This document shows, in pieces, positions 27,301 through 39,800 of a stretch of 64,000 nt of DNA; the stretch's first letter is position 1, and each line of letters begins with the position of its first letter. The translations under genes were made by a program, and so were the position numbers. The DNA comes from Tubiluchus corallicola. Taxonomy: Eukaryota > Animalia > Priapulida. The stretch covers positions 186,001 through 250,000 of the forward strand of contig JAQGDQ010000205.1 in assembly GCA_030141605.1 (NCBI GenBank), read 5' to 3'. The notes beneath the pieces were generated by a model. That model saw only the letters and a list, made by a program, of their open reading frames with translations, was not told the origin of the DNA and made no database searches.

Positions 27301-30081
27301 CTCATGGATGATTTTGCTATGCAACCACACATATGTTGAAGATTGTTTATATGATAATATGCAACATCGCAGCACGCACATCTTTTGTTAATTAGTCAAT
27401 AACTTTTCCTAAAATTTTTTGAAGGTACCATCTCTAGTTTTATCTATAAAAGTGGCATACTAACCGAGTTCCATTTCTTTTCTTAACTAATATGTGGCAA
27501 TAGGGTTTTTTCTGCGTAGGTGTTTGCTTGCATATTTGACAATGTGTCTTGCTGTATTTAGTAATGTCATTGTTATTATAGGTAATTGATAAAGCGGATG
27601 TGTGTCCTGTAGGGTTTAGCAGTACACGATTGTTTACTGATGTGTACCAACCACAGCAAGTCTGTTCGTATACGTGCACAGTAGTGGATGATGCAAGTAA
27701 TCGTCGGGTAATTAGTAGTGTTTCTTGTGTGATTAGTAATTGGCTGCCACAAATATAGTTTGACAGTTCAGTATGCTTATTGATAGAGAATGCATCAATG
27801 CTATTGTGCAAAGCTGCTATTAAATAATGCATGTTTGCTAAACAATAGAGATAATAGGAACTATAGCAAACAGGTAGACAGATTTTGTTTTCTTGTAATT
27901 TTAGTGTAGTCCTATATATAGTGAGCACAGCTTATTGATATTTCATTGACAATGTGCTTAGCCATTTTGTAGGCTTAGGGGTGGAAGATGTATATTGAAG
28001 GATGAAGTTGTGTGAAGTTTGTTTAGTTCTCAAAGTTCATTTAATTTGCTTGGTGCCTTCCAGTTTTACTGTAAAATTCATAAAATAAAAATGTACTCGC
28101 TTATAAGGGACCACCAGTCCCGATTTTTCGTAACGTTTTACTTATGTAAAAATCTTCGTATAGAAGGTACTCGGTATATAAGGGACTTTTGGCTATAAGG
28201 GATGATATCTCCAGGTCCCACGTAATAGAAACCCTGGTAAATTACCTTGCATGTAAGGGACACTATGATCAAAGCGAAAGCAAGTTTTAACCTCAATTTT
28301 TTGCAAACAGGGTCTTCGAACAGCTTGGTTTACGCGGTCACATACATCTTGCCTCACTGAAGGAGCTTCCTACATACCGTTTGCACTGAATGTGTAGCAA
28401 TAATCCATAAAAATTTGGGTAAAAGTGCAGAAAAGTACAGGTCTAGATACACCCTCAGATATAAGGGACGGTTTTTTCCGGTCCCGAGGTGTCCCTTATA
28501 TTCGAGGCTGACTGTATTATCATGTGTTGGTACTTTTATTTAATTCACACAATAGTTGATAGTGTGAAACAGCTTATCTTTCTTTTTGCAGCTAGAAAAG
28601 TTAGAAGATTTCATCTACTTGATTAAATTTTGTGTTTAATAGTTGCTTTGTAGTATAACAAATAAAACTGTTTTGTCTTTCATAGTTTAATGCTATTAAT
28701 AGGATTGTATATATCATTTTAGTTTGAGATTACACACGAGAAAGAACCTGACAAACCATTCACTGGTTCAAGTGCTGATGAGACATATTTGAAACTGTTA
28801 AAATCTATTGAACCGGCTACGTAAGTAATAAATTTACTAAAGTTGAACTGGCTACGTAAGTAATAAATTTACTAAAGTTGAACTGGCTACGTAAGTAATA
28901 AATTTACTAAAGATGTATTATCTACATTCGAGGCTATCAGTGTGGGCCAATGTACAAAAATCTCTTTAAAATTTGCTTTTGGAATATGAAATAAAAGTAT
29001 CAAATAGTCAACTAAATTAATTGTGTCAAATGCAGTTGCTTTAATTTACATCACTGGTTTATTTACAAAACCAATTTTGATTATTCTCTTTGTTTAGGGA
29101 GATAACTGATGCTAATGGACTTGGTTCTCTCTTCTTCGGCTTCACTCATCCAACAATACAGGCGTACCTGAAGGCAGCTGTCGCAGAAAGTGGCAAAAGC
29201 TCTAAGCGGGAGTCACTGCAAACCAAGGTAAGTAAATTGAACCAGTGGGCAAATATTCTACTACAATGATGTGTATGATGTTGTGTATTTTAAGGTAAAA
29301 GGGATGAGTAATGCCTTTTATGAAATGCAGCATTATTAAAACACCGAGTAACAGCATATTTAAAGAAGTGTTTTTACTTAAAACATTTTACATTAAGTGC
29401 TTGAAGACAATGCAGTAACAGCCAATAAAGTCATTTGCAGAATCTCTCGTTGATTACTGATGATTGGTGGTTTATTATTACATTTATATACAATCGGTTA
29501 TACATTAAACTGAAATTTTCTTTTTCCATACAACTCGAATTCGATTCGAATTCGAAATACTGAAATTCGGTTTGATTCTAATTCGAAATGCTGAAATTCG
29601 GTTTGATTCGAATTCGAAAGTCACAAATTAGATTTTATTTGAATTCGAAATACTGAAATTCGGTTTTATTCGAATTCGAAAGTCACAAATTAGATTTTGT
29701 TTGAATTCGAAGTACTGAAATTCAGTTCGATTCGAATCCGAAAGTCACAAATTTGATTCAATTCGAATTTAATTTCTGGTAGAGAATGCTTACCCCTAGA
29801 TAAAGCCGTAAAATAAAAAAATGGCGATATGATTATTGATGGACATTATAACAGCGGCGCATTTTTATAGAAGAGCAGATCGGTCAATTGCTTCATGTTT
29901 ATTAGTAGCTTGCAGACTGCATTATCAACTGTATTCATTGTAAGCAACAGTAGCTGATCATAGAAGTGCATGGCAAACTGAGAATTTATGATCTGAAATA
30001 TGGGTTATGTTTTGTCTCAAAATTTGTATCTTGCAGATGTCATCTGTTGAAGCTGCAGATGTTGACGTCGATGACAGTTGA
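18328..30081 (+). CDS. TBRG1: TBRG1/NIAM-like chromatin protein (coiled coil + FYRN/FYRC) with an extra N-terminal HARE-HTH-like region; 10 coding exons, ~373 aa
   Basis: Exons: 18328-18401, 19917-20067, 21967-22116, 22944-23014, 24444-24595, 25100-25224, 27582-27707, 28723-28820, 29098-29227, 30037-30081. All introns are GT-AG and in phase (1122 nt). Motifs YKRRYRSLQKLVRHFVF-ENASLCDEVVHLEERLLKARAERSFLLKKLLQ, PVLPIELGELTVHQLGE, PVGFSSTR, FEITHE and FFGFTHPTI match TBRG1. Joining of the first two exons and the last exon is less certain. Confidence 0.85.
18570..19000 (+). mobile_element. Putative SINE-like composite element: 5S rRNA-like head + antisense U6 segment + body; headless second copy at 17257-17585
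   Basis: 18615-18685 (GAAGTGAGCAG..GGTCAGTGAATGGATGTGAGACTGCC..AATACGTGCTGG) resembles the 3' half of 5S rRNA (boxes A and C). 18672-19000 is a diverged direct repeat of 17257-17585. Confidence 0.6.
18691..18728 (-). pseudogene. U6 snRNA 3'-terminal fragment (copy B)
   Basis: Same 38-nt U6 3' segment as copy A, with three mismatches to canonical U6. One of these (GTGAC for GTGAA) is shared with copy A. Confidence 0.85.
22163..22882. mobile_element. Tc1/mariner (pogo/Tigger-like) MITE
   Basis: TIRs CAGTAAGCCCTCGCTTAACGA...TCGTTAAGCGAGGAGCTTACG flanked by TA, with subterminal CGTTAA repeats. Confidence 0.8.
23205..23265 (+). mobile_element. Decayed 5S-like SINE head
   Basis: GGTGAAGCATACTGAGCTTAGTGAGGAAGTAGATGGGTGACTGCCAG resembles the 5S box A to box C region. 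Confidence 0.4.
23700..23945 (-). mobile_element. Decayed 5S-like SINE (minus strand)
   Basis: The minus strand at about 23915-23865 reads AGTTAAGCAAATGTGAGCCTAGTCAGAATATCGACGGGTGACCTCC, similar to 5S AGCTAAGCAGGGTCGGGCCTGGTTAGTACTTGGATGGGAGACCGCC. Extent of the body is approximate. Confidence 0.45.
25385..26960 (+). mobile_element. 5'-truncated CR1/L2-group LINE with an uninterrupted RT C-terminal ORF (ORF 25318-26502), in TBRG1 intron 6
   Basis: Motifs CGIFLDLSKAFDTV, GVPQGSTLGPILFLLYINDL, MFADD, KYLG, HSYNTR and LWNSLP. The 3' UTR has a hairpin (GAGAAGGGTGG...CCACCCTTTCTC), then AATAAA and an (ATTACT)n tail. Confidence 0.93.
28090..28514. mobile_element. Tc1/mariner (Tigger-like) MITE remnant
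   Basis: Left end CTCGCTTATAAGGGAC and right end GTCCCTTATATTCGAGGCTGACTG followed by TA, with internal repeats of ATAAGGGAC. Confidence 0.65.
28808..28912 (+). repeat. 35-bp triplication spanning the TBRG1 exon 8 splice donor
   Basis: TTGAACYGGCTACGTAAGTAATAAATTTACTAAAG x3. Confidence 0.92.
29300..29798. mobile_element. hAT-type MITE relative with amplified TTCGAA subterminal repeats
   Basis: The right end CTGGTAGAGAATGCTTACCCCTA matches the family at 45726 and 53669. Tandem GATTCGAATTCGAAA arrays run from 29535 to 29770. Left end uncertain. Confidence 0.65.
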
Positions 30082-30954
30082 ATGTGTGACTTTACAAATA
30101 GGATTTTTGAATCCACATTATCTAAATTACACAAATTTGTTTTTGCACCAGTTTCATATATAACTATTAAGTGTAATATAATAGCTTAATTTAAAGTTAT
30201 TGTAACAGTTAATAACAGATTAGAAAATAAGTTTTGACTCTTGTTGGCAACCACTTTTTATTAATTGTTAATTTTTCATGGTTGAGAAATGTGTAATTAT
30301 TTTTCGCAGGCATGAATTTCATTTGTTTATATTGTCTTGTTCTTGTGCTAACAAAAATTAAGCGAATAGATTAACAGTACTGTAAATGTTCTTAACGATT
30401 CGTTGATATTGTGACATGGTTGTGACTGCAGTACAAAAATTAGTGAATGTCCGCATATTGGTCGTTAATGTGTCATGGTACTGTAGTATACTATACAAGC
30501 ACTAGGAAAAGTAAAAGCAATAAATGTTTGTATCTCATCTGATGTTTCGCTTAAGTTTTACTGCCTATGTAAACAGAGAGAAATTCACAAGTAAATACAT
30601 ATGCACTATAATTACTTAAATTATAAGCAGGGTAAGTAAAGCAGAGAATCTATACTGGCACTTTTAGAGCAAATCTGAAAATAACTGCTCCTTGGGCCAC
30701 CAAACCTTTTAAAATCACCATAAAGTGTCATTCACATGTTTGGGCAGTGTTGTACATTAGACTTTTCCTTATGCCAGTTAGATTGTATGAAGAATTAATA
30801 GATAAACCTTTGGATAAAATTGCTTATTAATGATGTTTATCAATTATGTTATTTGTTGCCATTGCATGGCTTAATTAGCAAACTGGTATTGTGATAAAAT
30901 CTGTAATGGATAACAACTGTCTTTAGATTTAATACTTGAATATCAGGTTCATGA

Positions 30955-31164
30955 TTGTGACTGGTTGTTGATGTGTTGTACTTGTTGACATGTTGTACTT
31001 GTTGACACGTTGTACTTGTTGACTGGTTGTTGACATGTTCTACTTGTTGACTGGTTGTTGACATGTTTTACTTGTTGACATGTTCTACTTGTTGACTGGT
31101 TGTTGACATGTTTTACTTGTTGACATGTTCTACTTGTTGACTGGTTGTTGACATGTTGTACTTG
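30955..31164. repeat. Minisatellite built from TTGTTGACATGTT(C/G/T)TAC and TTGTTGACTGG units
   Basis: Tandem short units are directly visible. Confidence 0.9.
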
Positions 31165-31629
31165 CTACATTAATTTCAATTTGGCGTAACGAGGGCCAGA
31201 ACAGTTGGACCACACCACTAGGTGGAAAATCTGCCTGAGGCAAGATCTTTTTAGTTTGCACTGAACTATTTTAAATGCTGTCTTTTTATCATCTAACTTG
31301 ATGGAGATATTTACTATATTAAAATTTGTACAAAATTTTTTGAGAAATAAAAATGTCACAAAACAAATGTTGAAGCGGTACCTCAAATCAGGTGTAGTTT
31401 CTGCTGTGCAGCAATTTCAAGGCGTAATTTAAAGCATACTAAAGGATTTTTTTTAATTAATGCTGCACAAATTTACACCTGAGGTGATCAGTCTGGAGTG
31501 CCCTGGAAAAAGGTCGCAAAATAAGAGAGAAAATGCTAGTCAATGATATATACAAACAGAAAATGTTTTTATTTTGTAGTGTACTATAAATTTGTTGAAT
31601 TTGGGGGTCTCCCTATTTTGTTGGATTTG

Positions 31630-32032
31630 ATGAACGTGATTTTCCACACGATGGCCGTAATTTTAAGCGTCCATTCACTAAACTGATGGACATATTCCGG
31701 TGGACATGAAGGACGTCCGTTTACTATTTCAATGGACTTGCTGGATGTAATTTTGTACGCAATGAACGAAAAGTCTACACCGGTTTACTAGACTGACAGA
31801 CGTACAGTATCCGTTCACTAAATTGAAGATTATTTTGATGGACGTGATTTACGAGTTGTCGTGTGTGTGTGTGTGTGTGTGTGGGGGGGGGGGTTAAAGC
31901 GCTAGCTGGACGTTAGTCTAAACGTGATAGACTGCATGATATCACATGCAAATCAATTTTATTAGTTTTTGACACGTGATTTTCATTTTGACTACGTTCA
32001 TCGTGTCCAAATTATGTTCGTCACGTTCATTC
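31630..32032. mobile_element. Inverted-repeat-bounded element with internal (GT)n, just upstream of BMP5-8
   Basis: ATGAACGTGA..CACGATGGCCGTA on the left is inverted relative to TACGTTCATCGTG..TCACGTTCAT on the right. GGACGT/ACGTCC motifs recur, and (GT)n plus poly-G lies at 31861-31893. Confidence 0.5.
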
Positions 32033-32347
32033 ATTTAGAGTTCGCTTGAATTGAGTTGTAAAGAAAAAAGGCTGTTTGTTTTCTGTTATGAACCTCAGTG
32101 GAGTCTTGAACCAGACCCATTCATCCAAGCAGTCCCTCTTAGTCCCATTCTTCTGGATTGAGCACTTCATCTTTCGTAAGCCCGATTCTTTCCTGCTACT
32201 TGAAGCGTGCCTCCTAGTTCAGCTTGCGAGGCTCTGGTATTTATTATCGCGTGACTGCCGTTTTGATGTTATATTTAGCCCGGGTATTCATTCATTCGTG
32301 CAAACTGCAGAGTGACTGAGGCCATGACGCTTTCGAGTAGATGAAAC

Positions 32348-35300
32348 ATGTCCTACGCGCTGTACGTGTTTGTGATTTGTCTGTGTAACGTAGCATCAAC
32401 ATCGCTACCAAGTTATCAAATACTCGGCGATCAGACAGAAATGAAGGAAGAGATATTATCATTGTTAGGAATGACGCACAGACCTCGTCAACTGAAAGAC
32501 ATGAAGCACAATTCCGCGCCACAATACATGCTGCAATTGTATCAGATTCTCAAAGACGAACAGAACTTAGAATCTGGGAGCTTCCTAAATTATGCGGATA
32601 CTGTGATGGGTTTTGTCAATCAAGGTATAATCGTATAATTTCGTATTGGTACCTATATCTAACTTGTAGTAGGCTACAGCCATGCACCTGCGATGTTTGG
32701 CAATAACTACTGATATCTCTTCTTCAACGTTGTTTACATTTTAGTCATAATAGGTGATGAAAGAACATATATAATCAATTTAAAACAGCACGTATGGAGT
32801 AATAAAAAAATCCAGTCGCAATACCAGTGAAATTCTTTCAGAAGTCATTAGTCACTAGTATCACTGGCACTAGAGTAAATTGAATGAAACACTTTTTACT
32901 CTAGTACAAGCTTCTTAGCAGTAATATAAGTGAGCGAGGTATTTAGTCAATCAGTGGGCATAAAACCTTGATAATGCTAATCTAGGTACTTATGAAGTAA
33001 CATCATGGATTTACTATCACCACTTTAGTTTTTCAATAAAATAAAGTGCTAAATTAGTTGATTAACATTAGAGACATGAATATTAGTTAAGCTGTGATAA
33101 TTAATTAAAGTATTTCTAATTCAAAACCATCTTTTATGTTTTTTAAACAACCATTTGTTTTAGTTGTTTAGTAAAAATATAATGTTGTTTCTTTCAGCAA
33201 AAAATGAATATCCGTTGGACCACGAAAGAGATAAGATTTTGCAATTTAACCTAAGTGATTTGACCTTGGGAGTGAATGTACTTGGAGCACAGTTGCGGAT
33301 CTTCAAAAACATTACAGAGGAATTAGATGAACAAGCCAATATCACAATAATTATCTACAAGATAACCACCGATGCACAAGGGTAAATTACGTATATGTGT
33401 TTGAGTTTATGCATTTCAAAAATAGCAAACAAGTGATAGGCAATCAAACAAATGGCTAAAATTCTTATCGAGGATCTAAACTAATGTGTGTTAGCTTGCC
33501 TTTGACTATTGACGAACTAACTGGACAACAAACGATGCATTTTCATCACAAAGTTATGAATGATAATCTGCAAGGACAACAGTAAAATGTTGAGAGCAGA
33601 TTATTAAAACATGGACGATTTATTTTGTAGGAAGCGAGAACTTCGTGCGCTTAAAAGCCGGATTGTCCCTTCTCAATATCGTGGATGGTTAACATTTAAT
33701 CTGACAAAAGTATTGTCTGACTGGACACTAGACCCCTTTAGTAATCATGGTCTGTTGATTGAAGCAAAGCATAACAACCGTAAGTAAATTTGTGTCGAAT
33801 AAGAATATTGTTTATTCATTAACAAACTTTGTATACACATTACTAATTGTGTCCTGGTAAAAATTGTAATGAATTATGATTATCTTTGACATAGATTATT
33901 AATTTAAAGCTCCAAGATTTGTAAACACTCATGTTCTTTTAGCTTTTACCCGTTACTGCTTCTTTGTAGAACTCTCTATAGGCATTATGTTTGCCCCTCC
34001 ATTACAACATTTCCATGAAGAATGGAAAAATATCTTCAGTTTATTCGATTATTTTTGTATTTTTCAATTTGCTAATCCTTGTTTCACTGATCACAAAACG
34101 TACACCTTTGAGCATAGGTGGCAGACAAGAGTAAAATGTTTTGAGAAAGGGGGTAGGTTGAGTATATAAAAATGACTGTTTAGTAAAATACTAGAGATAC
34201 GAATAGAAATATTTGTTTCTTACTGCGGTAAGGGAAGGATGTTTGGTTACATTTGCATTAATGTATTTACTCTTTACTATAAGCTGCTAATGAGTAATAG
34301 TACATATAAATTCCAGTGGAATCATGTTTAACTGAATTATCTGAGATCTAATTATCAGTTTGCTGTTTACAGGAAGACTGCCAACGCATGAAGCTGGACT
34401 GGTAACAAGATTTGGTCCAGAAGAAAAACGTCCTTTTATGGTGGGGTTCTTCACCACACCGGAGGTTCTGACGCGCAAGAAACGTGCTCCACGTCAGGAT
34501 CGATCATTTAACAACAATAGAGCAAACTGGGATGGTAAGAGATTTACAGAAAGATGCAGATTGACATGAATGTCTTTTGTACTTTTTTTTATAAAAATTT
34601 CGGTGCATCAGCTCAAAAATGAGATTAAAACATTTTTCACTATGACCTAATGAGTTGAATATATACATTTATTCAACTCGTACCAAAAAGTTTAATGAAA
34701 CAACTGTTACAACCAGAATTTGTCAAGAGTACAAAAAAGTTGAATAATGCTTGAATACATAGAACAACTCTTTGAGTTTTAGGTGACTTTCTCGTGGTAC
34801 AATTAATGTGAGCCAATTTTGAATGGTATCACTAAATTTATACTTTCAGCTAAAAAGGTCAGTAGCAATTGCAAGCGAAGAGAATTATATGTCAGCTTTA
34901 AAGACTTAGGTTGGGAGGTAAGATTTCATTTTACTAGGTTTCTATAATTTCTTTTTTCTGGTGTTCTGTGCCATAAGGTATACCCTAGATTAAGTTCAAG
35001 TTATCTAATAATGAACTTAATTGTACTGAGTAAAAAATTGCAAACTTAGAAGGTTAATGCATTGAATTGGGAGCCATAGTTTACAGATTGTGAGTAGATG
35101 TTCGCGTGCTCAGTAATTGCACTTAACGGTGCCTAATTAGTGTGTGTATTCATAATATTCTGCCCCGGAAATTGAATATGTATATGACTGAAAACGCTTG
35201 AATCTGTGAAATAAAACTGGGAATCTTACCAGCCTACTAAAGGCTATACTTTTTAAAGATTACGTTCACACAACACAAGATTAGTTCCTAAATTCTATAC

Positions 35301-35717
35301 TAGTACTGGAATCTCCCCGCAGTTACAAAATTTATCAATTTAATAGGGTTTACTCGCAAATTACAAATCAATTTAATAGATTCACAAAATTCCCAATTTT
35401 TATTAGGTATAAGAAACTTTGTTGACTTGCAAATAAAATATTCTTTTTACTTGCAGGACTGGATTATCGCTCCCGATGGCTACGATGCTTTCTACTGTTA
35501 TGGAAAATGTTCGTTTCCATTGAATAACCAACTAAATGCCAGCAATCATGCTATAGTACAAACACTTGTGCATCTAATGAAACCAAACAGTGTTCCTAAA
35601 CCGTGCTGCGTGCCCACTAACCTCACTTCTATACAAGTTTTATACTATAACGACAATGCAAACGTAATCATGAAACTGTATCGCAACATGATCGTCAAAG
35701 CTTGCGGTTGTCACTGA
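32348..35717 (+). CDS. BMP5-8: Bone morphogenetic protein, BMP5/6/7/8 (60A/gbb) group; 6 exons, ~366 aa
   Basis: Exons: 32348-32624, 33198-33381, 33631-33779, 34373-34534, 34850-34917, 35457-35717. Has a signal peptide, prodomain motifs [32 protein letters not shown] and PFMVGFF, and an RKKR furin site. The mature 7-Cys domain reads [62 protein letters not shown]. Confidence 0.95.
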
Positions 35718-36847
35718 TTTGCGATACGTGCGGTACTAACAGCTTACAGTGTCATCTACAGGTCAGCATAAACAAGTGGAAGTCCGCATATCTCCAAAAG
35801 TGTATTGCGAAATTTGGACAATTTTGATATTGCCATGGTCATTCGCTGATAACTGAGTTAAGAGCGCATCAGAAAATGCTGAGTGCTGTTACATCATTTA
35901 CACGTAGTATAGCTTCCAGACTACAGATTGTTCCACTGTGTGCTAGTACACACTGACAGAAGTCAAATTGGTCTGTTGCTAAATGTTTAATGATAATGTT
36001 GTAATTTAAAAATCAGGCCAGGAATACTTATTAACTTTTAACTTGTTGAGGATCAGCATAATGATGGTCGCGAAAATGTCAGTTTTTGAATCTAGTCACT
36101 ATTCGTACAACAAGATTTTGTCAAGAAATGAAATGTTCCATAAGAATGTGAATAGTAAACAATACTAATACCCGTAATAAAGATAGCTGATAATGCTGTC
36201 CAGTGATTGCCATTTATTAAGTTCGTCAGTTTCACTGATGAAACATCCCAACAGTGGCGTAGCGAGGGTTTAGGCTGCTTGTCCAGTAGCCAAACTGGTA
36301 GCCGCTCTCTCCCACTAAAAAAGAGCTCTTTTACCCTCGAACCATATAGGTAACTCAAAAAAATGATCACTGCATTGTTTAGGATCAATTATTTATGTGA
36401 TGTGGCTTCACCATATTCAACAGTATGTACAGTCACATTACAAACCCCTGTGTCACACATGACAAAATCATAACTGACTTGACTCCATTAGCACGTTTGT
36501 TTCTCTTCTGCCTATACATAGTTATCTGCTAATTATGTGTATGTGTTGCATTTCTAGTGATCTGACAAACTCTGATGAACTCCAGATACAACAAATATTG
36601 GCAGCTATTAAATTCAATAAATTATATGATAAATTACATGATACTTTATTACATAATTTTTTCTAATTTATAAACAAAAAATAAAGTTAAATACATAAAT
36701 TACTAAGCCTCTATAAATCATCTCCATCTATTATAAATTAAAATGTATACGGTTGTCAATTTGATGAATATTATCCATAGTTTGGCAGTAAATTGGCACA
36801 TACATAAAGTATCTAAAAAACAAAAATGCAAACTTATTTGTAGCCTA

Positions 36848-39800
36848 TCACAATTCTGTATGTGTGTGATCGTGTGTAAATCTTACGTCAACTTTTCCCA
36901 GCCCTCGCTTCCAGTTATAGTAAGAAAGCAATGCCACATTCTTGGCTCCAATAGCGACCATTTCCATAGCGCTTGCTGCTCTTTCGATTGCATTAACATA
37001 AAACATGTTACGGTGTAGAACAAACTGTGGAAGAAATTCTGGTGGTTGGTATTTAGGATAAGCTTTCGTATCTATAGTTTTTGCCGTGTCAAAGCTGGTA
37101 AAAAGGAAATCCAATTGGTCTTTTGATAATGGCTCCTTTGAAAATACTTTGTACACTGGTGTGTCTATGGGATTAGAAGGGTCGTAGTTGATTGGAACTT
37201 GTCGACCGACAGAACTATAGAACAAGCTCTTGTTACAAGTAAGAAACAATTCAACATCCTTGCAAGACTTCTCGGATAAATCACAGCCTAAATTCGTTTT
37301 ATTCAGCCATCCTTGGACAAAAGTAACCACTGTCCTGTGATATGATCCCGGATCTTTTTTAATCGGTGGCCTAAACTTTTCATCAAATTCTATGTTGGAC
37401 ATGTCATCAGTGAGTGGTGTAGCAATAATAACTTGATCGTATTCATTAGTATTCACTACTCCAGTATTATCTGTCGTTGTAAGAGTATACAGACTTCTCC
37501 ACTTATCGTCATCTTTCAGTTCTATCTTTGTTACTTTTTCCAAGATAACTTTTGCTCCAGACTTTTCTATTAACAGTTTGGGAATTTGATTATTACCATT
37601 TTCTACTGCCCACAAGCCTTTTTCAACTCCAGCCATCGAGACAAAGCCTGAAAATTGTGGTAACAATTACATGCTTACCTATACTTTTAATGCTCTAACA
37701 TTAACCTATTTTATAATAAGTGACTTTCATGATAATGATATAATAATTTCCTGAAGGGATAAATTGAGGCTTACGTCTGCAGTTCTAAATAGTTATATAA
37801 AATATTTATTCTGATTGCATTAAAAGTTCACTATTAAGAAATACTATAACTATGAAAGAAAACTTGCCTTCAGTTTGAAAATTTTGGTATGTTTATGATC
37901 ACTTACCCACAAAACTATTAATAAATGTATCTTGACCGTAGTTGGTTCGAATGGCTGCTAACACAAATTCATCCACAAACAGTGAAGACATTCCCTTGTC
38001 CTTGAGTAAGGTTTTTGAGGTATACGTTGTCATGTTGTAAAATTGTGGATGCATACTGCTCAACAGTTGTTTCACGTCGGAGAAGGCATACCCATGTTTC
38101 TGATGGGAGTATATCCTACAAAAGCACACAACTGTAAGCACACACTTGAAGTATTTCAAGTGACACCTATCAAATTACATAAGCTTTTATGTTGCAGTGA
38201 CTGAAGCAACTCTGATTTGAAAAAATGAATCTCAACCAACGTTTGTCACAGCTTCGGAGATTAACTATGACAGAGTTTAAGTATATTTGTTTTCATAAGA
38301 AACTATTTGTGCGAAGAGCAGATACTTCAGCCACTGAAAACCGGCAGTTCATCTCACATAAAAACCTTGTGTTTTGCTTATGATTACACTAATAAATTGT
38401 TTTGTCCAAATGTGCCTTACTTTTGACAGTGTTGGTTAATGAAAAACCTTAAGGCTGCAACTCGACCAGAATTGCACGCACAGTTCTTCAGTGACAAAGT
38501 AAACAAGCCTAATGAAAAAGAATATCAGAAACACACACAAGCTATGCACGACCTAGTACATTACTAGTCATTGGAAAATAACAAACTTAGCTGAAGCCCT
38601 TTTTTTACAAAATTACAAACACCACACTTAATAGCTTTTCAATCACACATACCATACCGTACACAAAACATACATATCTTGAAAGTAAGCTTTTATCTTA
38701 TGTAACAATACAAATAGTCTTTATTTAAAGTCGGCATTAGGGTCAACAATTAACAAGAACTTAGAAGCAACTCTTGCCAACGAAATAAATAATAAACTAC
38801 ACCAACATAACACAGATTATCATTATCCCCCCTTTTATTCTTCATACTACGTGCCAAGCAATGCAACAGCCGGTAGCACTTTTTAAAGTCTGGTATGACA
38901 CAAGCATGTGGAATCAAACTCACAAACTCCCATTTAGCAAGCAGATGCATTATTCACTTGATATAATTCCAACTATGGGTGTTACTAACATAGCTGTTAT
39001 TCAGAATCATATTGTTGATATTGTTTCTGTCAAGTTGAACTTATGTACAGTGAAAGTTGTGTCTAATTTATGCAGTCTTAATTAGTACAAAATTTAAGCT
39101 TGTAACACAGTATCACATCAAATACAATACCTGTCAAACAAAGTTAGCATGGTGTGTAACCAGGACTCCAATCTTATTGAGCTCATTCCATATCGCCACA
39201 TTATATGTGCTAAATTCACTAGGTTCCAACTGCTCTCTTTAAATACAACCTCTTCCCCATTAAATAAAGCCATCTTGTATGAGGGACGAGCTCTTTTTTT
39301 CAGATCTGTAATGCACAGCATAACATAACATATAATTCCATTTGTAGCTTAAACGAATTCACATGTTATACCTTAAATGCAGCATTGTCCACAATATTCT
39401 GCTAAATTTATTCACACAAGTGACAAAGCCAAAGTTTATCATATTTGATGAATTGCAAGGTATTGTTGCTAATTACTAAAAAACCTAAATAAAATGCTCC
39501 CTTAAACGGACAGATTACAGCACTTAAAACTATGTCAGATAAGACAACTATAATGTCTACATTTAATGAGTGCACTGATTTAATAGTCAGTGCCAATTGG
39601 AACTACTCAGCATGGACACACCACCAATGATATTCCCTGCGCACTGCCACTGAATCGGCACACCTAATATTGCAATCTAAAGTTGCTCTATCAACAAAAG
39701 CTGTCATGAAAGCAAAACACTTACTAAAATCGTCTGCAAATGTCTGCATATACTGGTTACGTGGATGAATCATTGTTCCACCAGCTTCATATACATTGTT

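Noticed and set aside
18328-35717. TBRG1 ('TGF-beta regulator') next to a BMP gene as a functional cluster
   Set aside because: The link is in the name only; the sequence gives no evidence of co-regulation.
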